64,000 nucleotides of DNA from Candidatus Versatilivorator sp. (GCA_965207735.1 OZ242296.1:5024001-5088000), one strand, 5' to 3'; numbered from the stretch's first letter, positions 19,523-29,931 are shown. Program-made: numbers and translations. The notes: generated by a model not told the origin, from the letters alone.

Positions 19523-19675
19523 ACATGGATGAACAGGATATACAGGATTGTATCTGGGAGTCCGGTGTCCTGTATCCCTGGGCATCCGTAAGCCCTCACC
19601 GGATCATCTCCCGAGCTATCTCAGCCAACAAAAGCTTTCCCTCTCGTTAATCCTGTCCATCCTGTCTATCCATGT
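19523..19675 (-). repeat. ~153-bp palindromic element, copy B
   Basis: ACATGGATGAACAGGATATACAGGATT ... AATCCTGTCCATCCTGTCTATCCATGT; interior shares GGGCATCCG.AA...CGGATCATCTC with the reverse of copy A. Confidence 0.8.
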
Positions 19676-19766
19676 TCCTTAATGCAACAAACCACTTTAG
19701 CGGAACATGGCCCTACTCCCGAAGGTCCATGCAGGACTCCTTTTTCACCCTCGAATGATTCGTGTG

Positions 19767-20807
19767 TCAAGGCCTGGGCTTGAATTCGCACCTGGGTTTG
19801 ACGGACCGATTGAAGGGGAAGGGAGGCCAGTATCCCTGGATCATGCTGGAGAGGGCCTCGGTCACGCCGCGGCGAAGGTCCTCGCCCGACTCCACCGAGC
19901 TGGATCCCTGATGGGGTGTGAGCACGACGTTGTCCAGGCTTCTGAGGGGGCTGTCGGCCCCCAGGGGCTCCTCCTCGGTCACGTCCAAAGCGGCGCCGCC
20001 GATCCGCCGTTCCTTCAGGGCTTGGATCAGCGCCTCCTCGTCCACCACTCCGCCCCGGCTGGTGTTGACCAGAAACGCCGAGGGCTTCATCAGACCCAAC
20101 TCCGGAGCCCCGATGAGATGCCGTGTCCCGGCGGTCAGGAAAGTGTGCAGGGAGACCACGTCCGACTCTCCCAGGACCCGTTCCAGCGAAGTCAGCTCCA
20201 CGCCGGCTTCAGCGGCCAAGCGGGGATCCACGTAGGGGTCGGTGGCCAGAATGCGCATGCCGAACCCGCCCAAACGGGGGACCATGTGGCGGCCGATGTT
20301 GCCGAAACCGACCAAACCCAACGTAAGGCGGCTGACCCGGCGCAGCGGGTGTTCCAGCGGAGGTTTGTCCCAATCGCCGGCTCTCACAAGACGGTCCAGG
20401 AAGACCACCCGCCGGGTGCAGGCCAGCACCAGGGCCGCCGCGTGGTCGGCAACTTCCTCGACGCAGTAGTCGGCCACGTTGAAGACCACGATGCCGCAGT
20501 CGGTGGCGGCCTCGACGTCGATATTGTCCACTCCGATCCCGTAGCGGCCCACTGCCCAGCAATCGGGCAGGGCCTCCAGGACTCTCCTGGTAATGGGCGT
20601 GAACAAGCCCTCGGTCAGGATGATTCGGGCCCCGGCGCAGGCTCGAATGATCTCCTCCTCGGTCTGTGCCGACAGCAGCACCAACTCTCCTCCCAGTTCC
20701 TCGACTGCCTTTCTCTCCGGGGCGTAGAGGCTGTCCTTCTCCTTCTGCGTACGGTCGCAGTCCACATTCACGACTTTGACGGGCTGGTCTCCCGATTGGC
20801 TGGCCAT
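19767..20807 (-). CDS. D-isomer-specific 2-hydroxyacid dehydrogenase (CtBP/SerA-like)
   Basis: RYGIGVDNID, YCVEEVADH, GLVGFGNIG, LVNTSRGGVVDE, AALDV..EEP, LTPH. Confidence 0.92.
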   Translation of the reverse strand: MASQSGDQPVKVVNVDCDRTQKEKDSLYAPERKAVEELGGELVLLSAQTEEEIIRACAGARIILTEGLFTPITRRVLEALPDCWAVGRYGIGVDNIDVEAATDCGIVVFNVADYCVEEVADHAAALVLACTRRVVFLDRLVRAGDWDKPPLEHPLRRVSRLTLGLVGFGNIGRHMVPRLGGFGMRILATDPYVDPRLAAEAGVELTSLERVLGESDVVSLHTFLTAGTRHLIGAPELGLMKPSAFLVNTSRGGVVDEEALIQALKERRIGGAALDVTEEEPLGADSPLRSLDNVVLTPHQGSSSVESGEDLRRGVTEALSSMIQGYWPPFPFNRSVKPRCEFKPRP

Positions 20808-21190
20808 GTTGTTCGCTCCTCACTAAGGTCGATGATTTCGTCTACTCCGATCCGTATTCGAGTAAATACGCCGGAGCATTGTACCCGAGCCCGGGGCAAT
20901 CGGAAGAGTGAATCGGGCCGTGTCGTCCTTGGTGGACCATGGTTTGCAAATGGTTGTCCCGTGCCCGGATGATTTCCCATTCTTGCGTCCCCTGCTTGAA
21001 ATTCGGACGCCGGTTGCAATGGCATTGAACATGATGCACAATCGAGAAAGATGGAGTCGTTGCGCCGGGGCGGAACCCTGACGATGAGACTCACCCATCC
21101 TTCCGATTGCCGCCCGGCCAAAGGTGGTTCCGGCCACCTTGAGAATTCTCGCGTATCAAGTTCGGGTCGGGGTGGCCCCAGGAGGCGACC

Positions 21191-24100
21191 GTGTTCGGTA
21201 GACCGTTTGCAATTCCAGGTTTTGCGCGTGGTGGGAGTGTAGTTGTCCTTGCGGTGGTGCTGCTTGTGGCGGCCATTCCCGCCAGCGGTCAGCTTTTGAC
21301 CTCCCGCGTGGACGGGAGGGTGCTGGATCAGACCGGCGCCGTGGTGCCGGGCGTGACGGTGACCTTGACCAACGCCGCCACCAACGTGGCCCGGGAGACT
21401 ACCACCAACAACTCCGGTCTCTACGTGTTTCCCAACGTCTCCCAGGGAACCTATAGCGTTGAAGCCGCCGCGGACGGCTTCAAGACTGCCCTGGTCGAAG
21501 AGGTTCGGGTCGAGCTGGGCACTCCCGCCAATGTCGACATCGTGGTGGAGGTGGGTGTGGTGACCCAGACGGTGGTGGTGACGGCGGCTGAGACTCAATC
21601 CGTGATGAATGAAGTCAACGCCGAAATCAGCACCAACCTCAACCGGGAGCAGGTCAAGGATCTTCCCCTGAACGGGCGCGGCGTGACCCAGTTGGCCCTT
21701 ACCCAGGCCGGCGTGACCAGCCCGGGCGGGACGCGCTCGGCCGCCATCAACGGCGGCAGAGGCACCTTCAACAACTTTACCCTGGACGGAATCAACAACC
21801 AGGACACCTTCATTCGAACCGATGCCCTCTTCGGAATCATTCCGGTGCAGGAGAGCTTCATCGAGGAGGTGAGCATCACCACCGCCAACGCCGACGTGGA
21901 TGCCGGCCTGGGAAGCTCCCAGACCCAGTTCGTGACCCGCTCCGGGGGCAATGCCTATCACGGCGAGGTCTTCTACTACCACCGCAACGATGCCCTCAAC
22001 GCCAACGACTACTTCAACAACGCCGCCGGACTCGACAAGGAGAGGACCTTCATCCACCAATTCGGCTTCAACGTTGGTGGTCCCATCCTGAAGGACAAGC
22101 TGTTCTTCTTTGTCAACTACGAGGAGGAGCGCAGCCCCGGTTCGGCATCGGTGGTTCGCACCGTCCTGACGGAATCGGCCCGGGCCGGCAATTTCAGCTA
22201 CGTCAGGCAGGACAACGGCCAGATTGCCACGATAAACCTTTTCCAGCTCTCCGGGTTCAGCCCCGACCCGGCCATCGCCTCCCTGGTGGACGTGACCCCG
22301 CTGCCCAACGACAGCAGCGTGGGCGATGGAAGAAACACTTCCGGCTATCGCTTCAACAGCCCCGATAACACCGATTCCGACTGGTTTGTGCTGAGGACGG
22401 ACTACGAGATCAACCCCAGCCACTCATTCACCGGGATTTTCCACCAGTTTCGCCTGGAGGCCCCCAACTCGGTGTTCAACGGCATCGACGCCGTCTTTCC
22501 CGGTCTGCCCGGCGCCGGGCAGGGTTCCAAGCGCAGGCTGGGTTCCTTCGCCGTGACCAGCCTGTTGAAGCCCAACGTCACCAACGAGGCCAGGGTGGGC
22601 TACCAGACCTCGAGTCCCCGGTTCTTCACCAACGAAACCTTTCCCCAGGGCTACCGGCTGTCGTTGTCGGGTGGTTTCAGCAACCCCGTCCAGGATTTCC
22701 TGGCTCAGGGCCGCGACACCCGCAACGTGGACATCATGGACCACATTTCCTGGGTCAAGGGGAACCACACCGTCAAGGTGGGGGGCAGCGTGCGCTTGAC
22801 ACAGGTGGATCAGTTCAATGACGGCGGCACCGTACCCACCTACAACCTGGGTTTCGGGCCCGGAAACCCCGATCCCCTGGTGCCCGATATTTTCCCCGGA
22901 GGGATTGCTTCCGGCGAGCTGGGCGCCGCCTCCGGACTCCTGGGAACCCTGGGAGGGTTCATCGACAGCGCCGATCAGACGTTCAATGCCTCCTCGCCCC
23001 ATTCGGGCTACGTCGACGGGGCCTCCAACACCAACCTGCTCAAGCAGAATTTCGTCAACTTCTACGTGGGAGACACCTGGCGGATCACCCGCTGTCTGAG
23101 CCTGAACCTGGGATTCCGCTGGGAGTATCACTCGGTGCCCGACGAGGCCAAGGGGCTGGCCCTCTTGCCGGTGGGCGGTTGGCAAGCGGTGCTGGACCCG
23201 GACGCGGTGGTGGATCTGGCCGGCTCCACCAACGGAAGGCCTTTTTACACCGGCGACGGCAACAACTTCGCTCCCAACATCGGCATCGCCTTTCAGCCCG
23301 GCCCCGGGCACCGGACCGTCATCCGGGCCGGCTACGGAATCAACTACGTGGTCGACAACGGCATTACCACGGTGCTGAACGCCCTGCGGGGCAACGACGG
23401 CCTGAGCCAGTCGGTGGCCCTTTCGGGACTCAGCGGCACGGTCAGCGGCGGCGGCCTGGTTCCCATTCCGGTGCCCGAGTTCAGGATTCCCCGCACCGCC
23501 CGCGACGGAATTCTGGCCGATTCCACGGCCGCCCTCTTCACCATCGATCCCGGCATGCGCACTCCCTACGTGCAGCAGTGGAACATCGGAGTGCAGCACA
23601 GGCTCATGCGGGACACTGCCGTTGAGGCACGCTACGTGGGCAACTATGGCGTCAAGTTGACTCGCGCCATCGATCTCAACCAGGTGCTGCTTCCCCCGGA
23701 CTTCATAGCGGACTTCCTGACGGCGCAACGCAACCTGGCCGCCAACGGGGACCCCAGGGTCGGTGAACCGCTGCAGATTTTTCCGCAACTGGGTTTTGCC
23801 GGTTTCCTGCAATCGGGGGGCGTCCAAAACTGGATCCGCAACGGGGAGATCGGCCAGTACATCGGAGGTTTTCTAGCTCCCAACCGCATTTTCTTCTTCA
23901 ACGGCGAGGGAGGCGAGCGCTTCGGGGCCACGCTGCCCGCCAGCTATTTCTTGCGCAATCCCAACACCTTCGTGGGCGACGTGGTGGGCAACAACGCCTT
24001 CTCCAAGTACCACGCCCTCCAAGTCGAGATCAGGCGGCGCTTGCGCTCGGGCCTGACGGGCCAGTTCAACTACACCTGGGGGAAGGTGCTGACCAATTTC

Positions 24101-24823
24101 TCCGGCAGCCAGTCCAATTTCCGAGGGCTCTTCGACAACGCCCAGCCCGAGCTGGAGATCCTGCGTCCCGATTTCGACATCACCCACACCTTCAACGGCA
24201 ACTGGGTGTGGGAGATCCCCTTCGGCGCCGGACGCCGGTGGATGAACAGCGGCAGCATCCTGGACACAATCGCCGGCGGCTGGGACCTCAGCGGATTCTT
24301 CAGGATGCGGTCGGGAGAGGTGGTCAACATCATCTCCCAAAGAGGAACCATCAATCGCGGCGGTTCCCGCGCGCTGACCAATACCGTGCACCTGGAGGGG
24401 ATCGATATCAAGGCTCTCCAGACCAAGACGGGGGCCCACCGCCACCCGGACGGTCGGGTTACCCTGTTCGACTCCAGCCTCATTGACGAGGGCGGCTTCG
24501 GAAATGCCAACGTCTTCAAGAATCCGGCCATCCTGCAGGCGGGAACTCTGGGCATGTCCCCTGTCAGCGGGCCCTGGTTCACCACGCTGGACGTCGGACT
24601 CCGCAAGAGCATTGCGCTGCCCTTCACGGAAGAGTCGCGGTTGCAGCTCCGGGTCGACGCCTTCAACGTGCTCAACCACACCAACTTCAGCGTGACCAGC
24701 ACGTCAGGAATCACTGGCTTGGGGGTTGTCAACATGCACAATCCCAACACCACCGACTTCGGCCTCATCAGTTCGGCCTTCCCCGCCCGCACCCTCCAGG
24801 TGGGGTTGAAGGTGGAATTCTAA
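21191..24823 (+). CDS. TonB-dependent receptor, Oar-like, with an N-terminal carboxypeptidase-regulatory-like domain
   Basis: GRVLDQTGAVVPGVTVTL, LPLNGR, TRSGGNAYHG, NNFAPNIG, PYVQQWN, FNVLNHTNF; C-terminal LKVEF. Confidence 0.92.
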   Translation: MFGRPFAIPGFARGGSVVVLAVVLLVAAIPASGQLLTSRVDGRVLDQTGAVVPGVTVTLTNAATNVARETTTNNSGLYVFPNVSQGTYSVEAAADGFKTALVEEVRVELGTPANVDIVVEVGVVTQTVVVTAAETQSVMNEVNAEISTNLNREQVKDLPLNGRGVTQLALTQAGVTSPGGTRSAAINGGRGTFNNFTLDGINNQDTFIRTDALFGIIPVQESFIEEVSITTANADVDAGLGSSQTQFVTRSGGNAYHGEVFYYHRNDALNANDYFNNAAGLDKERTFIHQFGFNVGGPILKDKLFFFVNYEEERSPGSASVVRTVLTESARAGNFSYVRQDNGQIATINLFQLSGFSPDPAIASLVDVTPLPNDSSVGDGRNTSGYRFNSPDNTDSDWFVLRTDYEINPSHSFTGIFHQFRLEAPNSVFNGIDAVFPGLPGAGQGSKRRLGSFAVTSLLKPNVTNEARVGYQTSSPRFFTNETFPQGYRLSLSGGFSNPVQDFLAQGRDTRNVDIMDHISWVKGNHTVKVGGSVRLTQVDQFNDGGTVPTYNLGFGPGNPDPLVPDIFPGGIASGELGAASGLLGTLGGFIDSADQTFNASSPHSGYVDGASNTNLLKQNFVNFYVGDTWRITRCLSLNLGFRWEYHSVPDEAKGLALLPVGGWQAVLDPDAVVDLAGSTNGRPFYTGDGNNFAPNIGIAFQPGPGHRTVIRAGYGINYVVDNGITTVLNALRGNDGLSQSVALSGLSGTVSGGGLVPIPVPEFRIPRTARDGILADSTAALFTIDPGMRTPYVQQWNIGVQHRLMRDTAVEARYVGNYGVKLTRAIDLNQVLLPPDFIADFLTAQRNLAANGDPRVGEPLQIFPQLGFAGFLQSGGVQNWIRNGEIGQYIGGFLAPNRIFFFNGEGGERFGATLPASYFLRNPNTFVGDVVGNNAFSKYHALQVEIRRRLRSGLTGQFNYTWGKVLTNFSGSQSNFRGLFDNAQPELEILRPDFDITHTFNGNWVWEIPFGAGRRWMNSGSILDTIAGGWDLSGFFRMRSGEVVNIISQRGTINRGGSRALTNTVHLEGIDIKALQTKTGAHRHPDGRVTLFDSSLIDEGGFGNANVFKNPAILQAGTLGMSPVSGPWFTTLDVGLRKSIALPFTEESRLQLRVDAFNVLNHTNFSVTSTSGITGLGVVNMHNPNTTDFGLISSAFPARTLQVGLKVEF

Positions 24824-24847
24824 GCGGCCCCGGGAGTCGACGGAAAG

Positions 24848-24917
24848 AACCACGAATGAACACGAATCGACACCAATAAACGGATCGATGATCTGTCCTG
24901 GTGTCCATTCGTGGTTC
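24848..24917. repeat. Hairpin element AACCACGAATG...CATTCGTGGTT with internal CACGAAT repeats
   Basis: Inverted ends just downstream of the TBDR stop, followed by TGATCCGC.CGGCAGGGCGGGGG, which also occurs in the 27754-28143 units. Confidence 0.55.
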
Positions 24918-25050
24918 GTCTCCTCAATGGACGATCGGCTGTTTTTCCCGGAGTGATCCGCCCGGCAGGGCGGGGGCACGGGACAACCACCGGCAGATTG
25001 CTCCAGCCTGATTGTTTTCAGCAAGCAACTCGCATAGAATACGCTCCGTT

Positions 25051-26319
25051 ATGGACACCGCACCCGGCCAACCCTGGCACAAGAAGCTGCACTGGCGGAT
25101 CGCGATAGCGATGCTGCTGGGCATCGTCGCCGGTCTGATCGGCGGGGAGCCCCTGGCCGACAAGGTCGGCTGGCTGGGCGATCTCTTCATACGCCTGCTG
25201 AAGATGATTATCGTGCCCCTGGTGCTGACTTCGATCATTTCGGGCGTGGCTTCGGTCGGGGCGGGGGCCGGCCTGAAGCGCCTGTTCGGGAAGACCCTGG
25301 GTTACTACGTGATGACCAGCCTGGCCGCCTGCCTGGTGGGCCTGGTGATGGTGAACACCATCCGCCCCGGTGTCGGCGCGGACCTGGGGGGTGCCGAGGT
25401 CGAGGAGATGCCCGATCTCACCGTCATCCAGTCTCCGGTGGACCTGATCCTGGACATCGTGCCCGAGAACATCGTTTCGGCAGCGGCCAAGCCGAATATG
25501 CTCTCGATCATCTTCTTCTCGATCGTGGTGGGCATCAGCATCAGCAGCCTCCGGCAGCGTTACCGTGAGCCCTTGCTGAATTTTTTCGAGGCCGGCTTCG
25601 AAGCCATGATGCGCCTGACCGGCGGAATCATTCGCATCGTGGCTCCGTTGGGAGTATTCGGTCTGATCGTTCGCCTGGTGGGCACCACTGGCCTGGGCGC
25701 CTTCAAGGCTCTGGGGCTTTATGCCCTGATGCTGGTTTGCGGCCTGACGATACACCTGTTCCTCACCCTGCCACTCGTCCTGCGTTTCCTGGGCGGGATC
25801 AATCCCATAGTGCACTTCAAGAACATGGTCGAGCCGATCGTGATGGCCTTTTCCACCAGTTCGTCGGGCGCAACCTTGCCCGTCACCATCAATGCCGTGG
25901 AAAACAAGGTCGGCGTCTCCAACCGGGTCAGTTCCTTCGTCCTGCCCATGGGCGCCACCGTCAACATGGACGGCACGGCGCTCTACGAGTGCGCGGGGGT
26001 GCTCTTTATCGCCCAGGCGATGGGGGTTTCACTGGGCCTGGAACAGCAGTTGCTGGTGGTGTTCACGGCGCTGTTGGCCTCGATTGGAGCAGCGGCCGTT
26101 CCCTCTGCCGGGCTGGTGGTGATTTTCATTGTGCTGGAGGCTGTCAACCTGAGGGGACCCCAGGTGGAACTGATCGTGGGAGCCATGCTGGCGGTGGACC
26201 GTCCCCTGGACATGTACCGCACTGTGGTCAACGTTTTCAGCGATTCCTGCGGCGCCGCCATCATCGCACGCTCCGAAGGCGAGACCGGAGTGGACGAGAC
26301 GGTTGTACAAACGTCGTGA
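25051..26319 (+). CDS. Dicarboxylate/amino acid:cation symporter (DAACS, GltP-like)
   Basis: LFIRLLKMIIVPLV, AFSTSSSGATLP, FVLPMGATVNMDGTALY, VDRPLDMYRTVVNV. Confidence 0.93.
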   Translation: MDTAPGQPWHKKLHWRIAIAMLLGIVAGLIGGEPLADKVGWLGDLFIRLLKMIIVPLVLTSIISGVASVGAGAGLKRLFGKTLGYYVMTSLAACLVGLVMVNTIRPGVGADLGGAEVEEMPDLTVIQSPVDLILDIVPENIVSAAAKPNMLSIIFFSIVVGISISSLRQRYREPLLNFFEAGFEAMMRLTGGIIRIVAPLGVFGLIVRLVGTTGLGAFKALGLYALMLVCGLTIHLFLTLPLVLRFLGGINPIVHFKNMVEPIVMAFSTSSSGATLPVTINAVENKVGVSNRVSSFVLPMGATVNMDGTALYECAGVLFIAQAMGVSLGLEQQLLVVFTALLASIGAAAVPSAGLVVIFIVLEAVNLRGPQVELIVGAMLAVDRPLDMYRTVVNVFSDSCGAAIIARSEGETGVDETVVQTS

Positions 26320-26458
26320 AGGGCGTTGTCGATTCGGGCTTGAGGCCTACATCGCTGCCTGCGGTGGACCCGGAAAAACGTGGCGATCCTGGTTGAGTTC
26401 ATATAAACTCACCCGTTCAGCAGTCAGTCTGAAGTTCCTTGAAGACCAGCGAGGCGCT

Positions 26459-26974
26459 ATGCAGAAAGGGAAAAACACTGGAATGGAATCCCAAACCTTG
26501 TCGTCCGCATCCGAACCGTTGAAGACCGGGGCTCCCGTTCAATCTTCTGCCGCGACTCCGGCTGTAGCGAGATCCGCCCGTGGGAACGCCGGGGGGACCG
26601 CGGCCATCGGAAAATCGCTGGTGCTCACCGGAACTCTGGCCGGCCAGGAAGACGTCTATATTGACGGAACTGTGGAAGGGACCATCGACTTGCAGGACAG
26701 CGACCTGACCATCGGTCCCAACGGACACGTGAAGGCCGACATCAAGGCCAGGAAGATTACGGTATTCGGGCGAGTAACCGGGAAAATGTTTCCAGCGGAG
26801 AGAGTTGAGATCCTCAAGACCGCCTCAGTCAATGGCACGGTAAGGACACCTCGAATTGTGGTTGAGGAGGGGGCGGTCATCCATGGAAAGATCGAGTCTC
26901 TCGGACAAGAGATGAACTTCCCGGCAGCCAAGCAAACCAAACCCCTGATCATTCGGCAGGAAAGCCGCAGTTGA
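26459..26974 (+). CDS. Bactofilin (polymer-forming cytoskeletal protein) 1
   Basis: IGKSLVLTGTL...IDGTVEG...LTIGPNGHVKADIKA...VEEGAVIHG. Confidence 0.9.
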   Translation: MQKGKNTGMESQTLSSASEPLKTGAPVQSSAATPAVARSARGNAGGTAAIGKSLVLTGTLAGQEDVYIDGTVEGTIDLQDSDLTIGPNGHVKADIKARKITVFGRVTGKMFPAERVEILKTASVNGTVRTPRIVVEEGAVIHGKIESLGQEMNFPAAKQTKPLIIRQESRS

Positions 26975-27159
26975 ACCCCTTCCGGTTGGCGTAATATCGC
27001 TTTTCGTTCAGGTCGGCCGGACGATTCGGCGGAATTGCGGATACCACTGAAGAGGACATTTGAGCCGCCGGCTTTGGTGGGTTCGGCAATTGGATGCTGC
27101 AGGCGGCCATTGCCGGAGCAATGTGGGGCCAGGTAGTCTCGCAACGGAAGGGACATCCC

Positions 27160-27681
27160 ATGGCGACAGAAAATGAAAGCCAGGTGCAGGCGTTGCAGCA
27201 GCAGAACACCGTGGGGACCGCCCAGCAGTCGTCACGACTGAGGCCGTCGAGCGAGGCGCTGGCGATGCCTAGCGGTCGCGGCCAGATGAGGACAGCCAAC
27301 ATCGGGGAATCCCTCAGATTCGAGGGGACTCTCTGCGGACTTGAGGACGTGGTGGTCGACGGAGAGGTGGAAGGAGCCATCCGGCTCCAGCAAAGCAGCT
27401 TGACCGTCGGCCCCAGCGGAAGGATCAATGCCGACATCCAGGCCAGGAACGTGACGGTTCTCGGTCACGTCACCGGTAATATCGTCTGCCTGGATCGCAT
27501 GAGACTTTGCAGCACCGGCTCCATCGACGGCGACGTGAAGGCGCCCCGAATCCTCATCGAAGATGGCGCCGTTGTCCGTGGGAACATCGACGTGGCAAGA
27601 ACGCCCGCGGCGTCCGAAGCCGAACCGCAGACGAAGTCTCCCTTCCCATCCACTCAAGCCGGCACCCCTGCCGATTCCTGA
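27160..27681 (+). CDS. Bactofilin 2 (tandem paralog)
   Basis: IGESLRFEGTL...VDGEVEG...LTVGPSGRINADIQA...IEDGAVVRG. Confidence 0.9.
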   Translation: MATENESQVQALQQQNTVGTAQQSSRLRPSSEALAMPSGRGQMRTANIGESLRFEGTLCGLEDVVVDGEVEGAIRLQQSSLTVGPSGRINADIQARNVTVLGHVTGNIVCLDRMRLCSTGSIDGDVKAPRILIEDGAVVRGNIDVARTPAASEAEPQTKSPFPSTQAGTPADS

Positions 27682-27753
27682 AGATCTTCCCGGAGCCGGC
27701 GCCAGTTCCCGCCTTTGCCGGCACATTAGCCCCCTGGTTCCGCAAGGGACCGC

Positions 27754-28143
27754 CTTGTCTGAAACAACCGAAAAACGACAAGAGACAAAAGAAAAAAGAC
27801 TTATCCACGAAGGGGCACGAAGGACCACGAAGGGCCACTAAGGCGCTGAGGTTAACCGAGACGGGATACCAAGTTCGCGAAGGGATTGTCGATTTCAGAT
27901 TGTTTCACTCTCGTATGATCCGCACGGCAGGGCGGGGGGCCGGCTTGTCTGCAACAACCGAAAAAAGACAAAAGAAAAAAGACTTATCCACGAAGGAGCA
28001 CGAAGAACGACGAAGGGCCACTAAGGCGCTGAGGTTGGCCGCGACGGGGTACCAAGTTCGCGAAGGGTTGATCGATTTCTGATTGTTTCACTCTATGGAT
28101 GATCCGCACACCAGGGCGGGGGCGGGACTTGTCTGAAACAACC
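27754..28143 (+). repeat. Tandem duplication of a ~184-190-bp non-coding unit containing CACGAAG repeats
   Basis: CTTGTCTG(A/C)AACAACC at 27754, 27944 and 28128 delimits two diverged units. Confidence 0.85.
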
Positions 28144-28200
28144 CTGGCGCCGGGTGGCTGGAGACCGGCTCAAGGTCAAGCATGGGCAGTTGGTTTATTC

Positions 28201-28352
28201 ACATGGATGCACAGGATGCACAGGATTTTTTCTGAAGACGGCTGGCTTGCAGTCCTGGACATCCGCAAATCCGCACCGGATCTTCGCCCGAGTTGGCTTC
28301 TGGTGCAGGAAGCTCTCGTCCTGTAAATCCTGTGCATCCTGTGCATCCATGT
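28201..28352 (-). repeat. ~153-bp palindromic element, copy C
   Basis: ACATGGATGCACAGGATGCACAGGATTT ... AAATCCTGTGCATCCTGTGCATCCATGT (perfect IR); interior homologous to copy B. Confidence 0.85.
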
Positions 28353-28590
28353 TCAATTCTTAGTTCTTCTCGATTGATCTTCCCCGTGGCGGGCCTTGGC
28401 CGTGCCCAACGCCCCGATTCCCAGTCAGCGTCCCGTGCAGCAACATCTTGTCTTATTCCAGCAACGTCTACTGTCTTCCATTACAGTCTATAACTGTATT
28501 TATTATCATCAGTTTATCTGAGTTCCGCCATCGCTTGACCGGCTCGCAACATCTCTTGCAATCCACTACCATCCCCCATATAATTAGGGG

Positions 28591-29823
28591 ATGATTACTG
28601 GATCACATACCGCCCGTCTGCTACCCAGAACCAAACCCAAGGGCCGCCATCCCCAAAAGGCCCTCTCTCCTGCCTTCATTCGCTCCGCTCCGCCCGGAAG
28701 ACACGCCGATGGAAACGGATTGTACCTCTTCGTCCAGCCTTCCGGAACCAGCAGCTGGATTCAACGCCTCCTCATCCGTGGCCGCCGCCGTGAGCTCGGA
28801 CTCGGCAGCGTTGCCCTCGTTTCCCTGGCCGAGGCCCGGGAGAAGGCGCTCGCCAACCGCAAGCTTGCCCGTACGGGCGGGGACCCCCTTGCCGAGAAGC
28901 GACGTAGCCAGGGCATTCCCACCTTCGCCGAAGCCGCCATGCGTGTGCTGGAACAGAAGCAGGGCGGATGGCGGAACCCGAGACATTCCCGGGAGTGGCA
29001 GTCGAGCTTGAGGCGGTTCGCTTTCCCGCGCATTGGCAAGATGCCGGTCTCAGAGGTCACGAGCGCCGATCTGCTTGAGATCCTCACGCCCCTTTGGCAC
29101 CGGAAGGTAGACACAGCCAAGCGGGTGCGCCAGCGCCTGCGGGCGGTCCTGGAATGGGCCGTAGCCATGGAGTACCGCATTGACAACCCCTGCGACAGGA
29201 TCGGTCCGGTGCTGGGTCCACAAAAGGACGTGACCGAGCACATGCAGGCCGTGCCGCATCGGGAGGCGGCTGCGGTGATCCGGAGAGTGCGGACATCGAC
29301 GGCATTGCCGGCCGCCAGGTTGGCCCTTGAGTTCCTGGTGCTGACGGCAGCCAGGTGGGGAGAGGTGCGGTGGGCCGAGTGGGCGGAGATTGATCGAGAC
29401 GGGAGAGTGTGGACCGTCCCGGCCAGGCGGGCGAAGACGAACCGCCGGCACCGGGTGCCGCTGTGTGGACGTGCCCTGGAGATTCTCGATGCGGCCCGAG
29501 CACTCGGAGAGGGAGCCGTTCCGCTGGTGTTCACCCATGGAGGCGGGAGGCCGCTGCATGACAGCGCGGTGCGCCGCCTGCTGCGCCAGCTTGGGATTGC
29601 GGCGGTGCCGCACGGGTTCCGCTCGACCTTCCGGGACTGGGCGGCTGAGGAGACAGACCATCCCCGGGAGGTGATCGAGGCGGCCCTGGCGCATGTGGTC
29701 CGGAACCGGGTGGAGGCGGCCTATGCCCGCTCGGACCTGTTCGAGCGCCGGCGTGTCCTGATGGACGACTGGGCGCGTTATCTGGCCCAGGGGATGGGGG
29801 AGGACCGGAAGCCCCGAGAGTAA
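28591..29823 (+). CDS. P4-like tyrosine integrase (DUF4102 arm-binding domain plus catalytic domain)
   Basis: HADGNGLYL...LGLG..VSLAEAR; catalytic R (AARWGE), K (AKTN), HGFRSTFRDW, ALAH, AAYARSDL. Confidence 0.93.
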   Translation: MITGSHTARLLPRTKPKGRHPQKALSPAFIRSAPPGRHADGNGLYLFVQPSGTSSWIQRLLIRGRRRELGLGSVALVSLAEAREKALANRKLARTGGDPLAEKRRSQGIPTFAEAAMRVLEQKQGGWRNPRHSREWQSSLRRFAFPRIGKMPVSEVTSADLLEILTPLWHRKVDTAKRVRQRLRAVLEWAVAMEYRIDNPCDRIGPVLGPQKDVTEHMQAVPHREAAAVIRRVRTSTALPAARLALEFLVLTAARWGEVRWAEWAEIDRDGRVWTVPARRAKTNRRHRVPLCGRALEILDAARALGEGAVPLVFTHGGGRPLHDSAVRRLLRQLGIAAVPHGFRSTFRDWAAEETDHPREVIEAALAHVVRNRVEAAYARSDLFERRRVLMDDWARYLAQGMGEDRKPRE

Positions 29824-29931
29824 AAAGGCCCACGGGGATCGGTCCTGGAACGATCCTTTGAGATCTCCCTGCTCTTTGGCGGTGAAACGTAGCTCCCCGC
29901 CGAACCATCGTTTGTTTCCCTGTGGAACCCC

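Noticed and set aside
20951-24989. Exact 16-bp inverted match GGGCACGGGACAACCA flanking the TonB receptor gene (possible invertible segment)
   Set aside because: Roughly one such 16-mer match is expected by chance in 64 kb of GC-rich DNA, and no invertase is adjacent.
27754-28352. Repeats considered as a CRISPR array
   Set aside because: The 'spacers' are ~170 bp and homologous to each other; the period is wrong and there are no cas genes.
28353-28590. tRNA or tmRNA attachment site next to the integrase
   Set aside because: I could not see a cloverleaf, T-loop GTTCGA or CCA end here or at the right island end.
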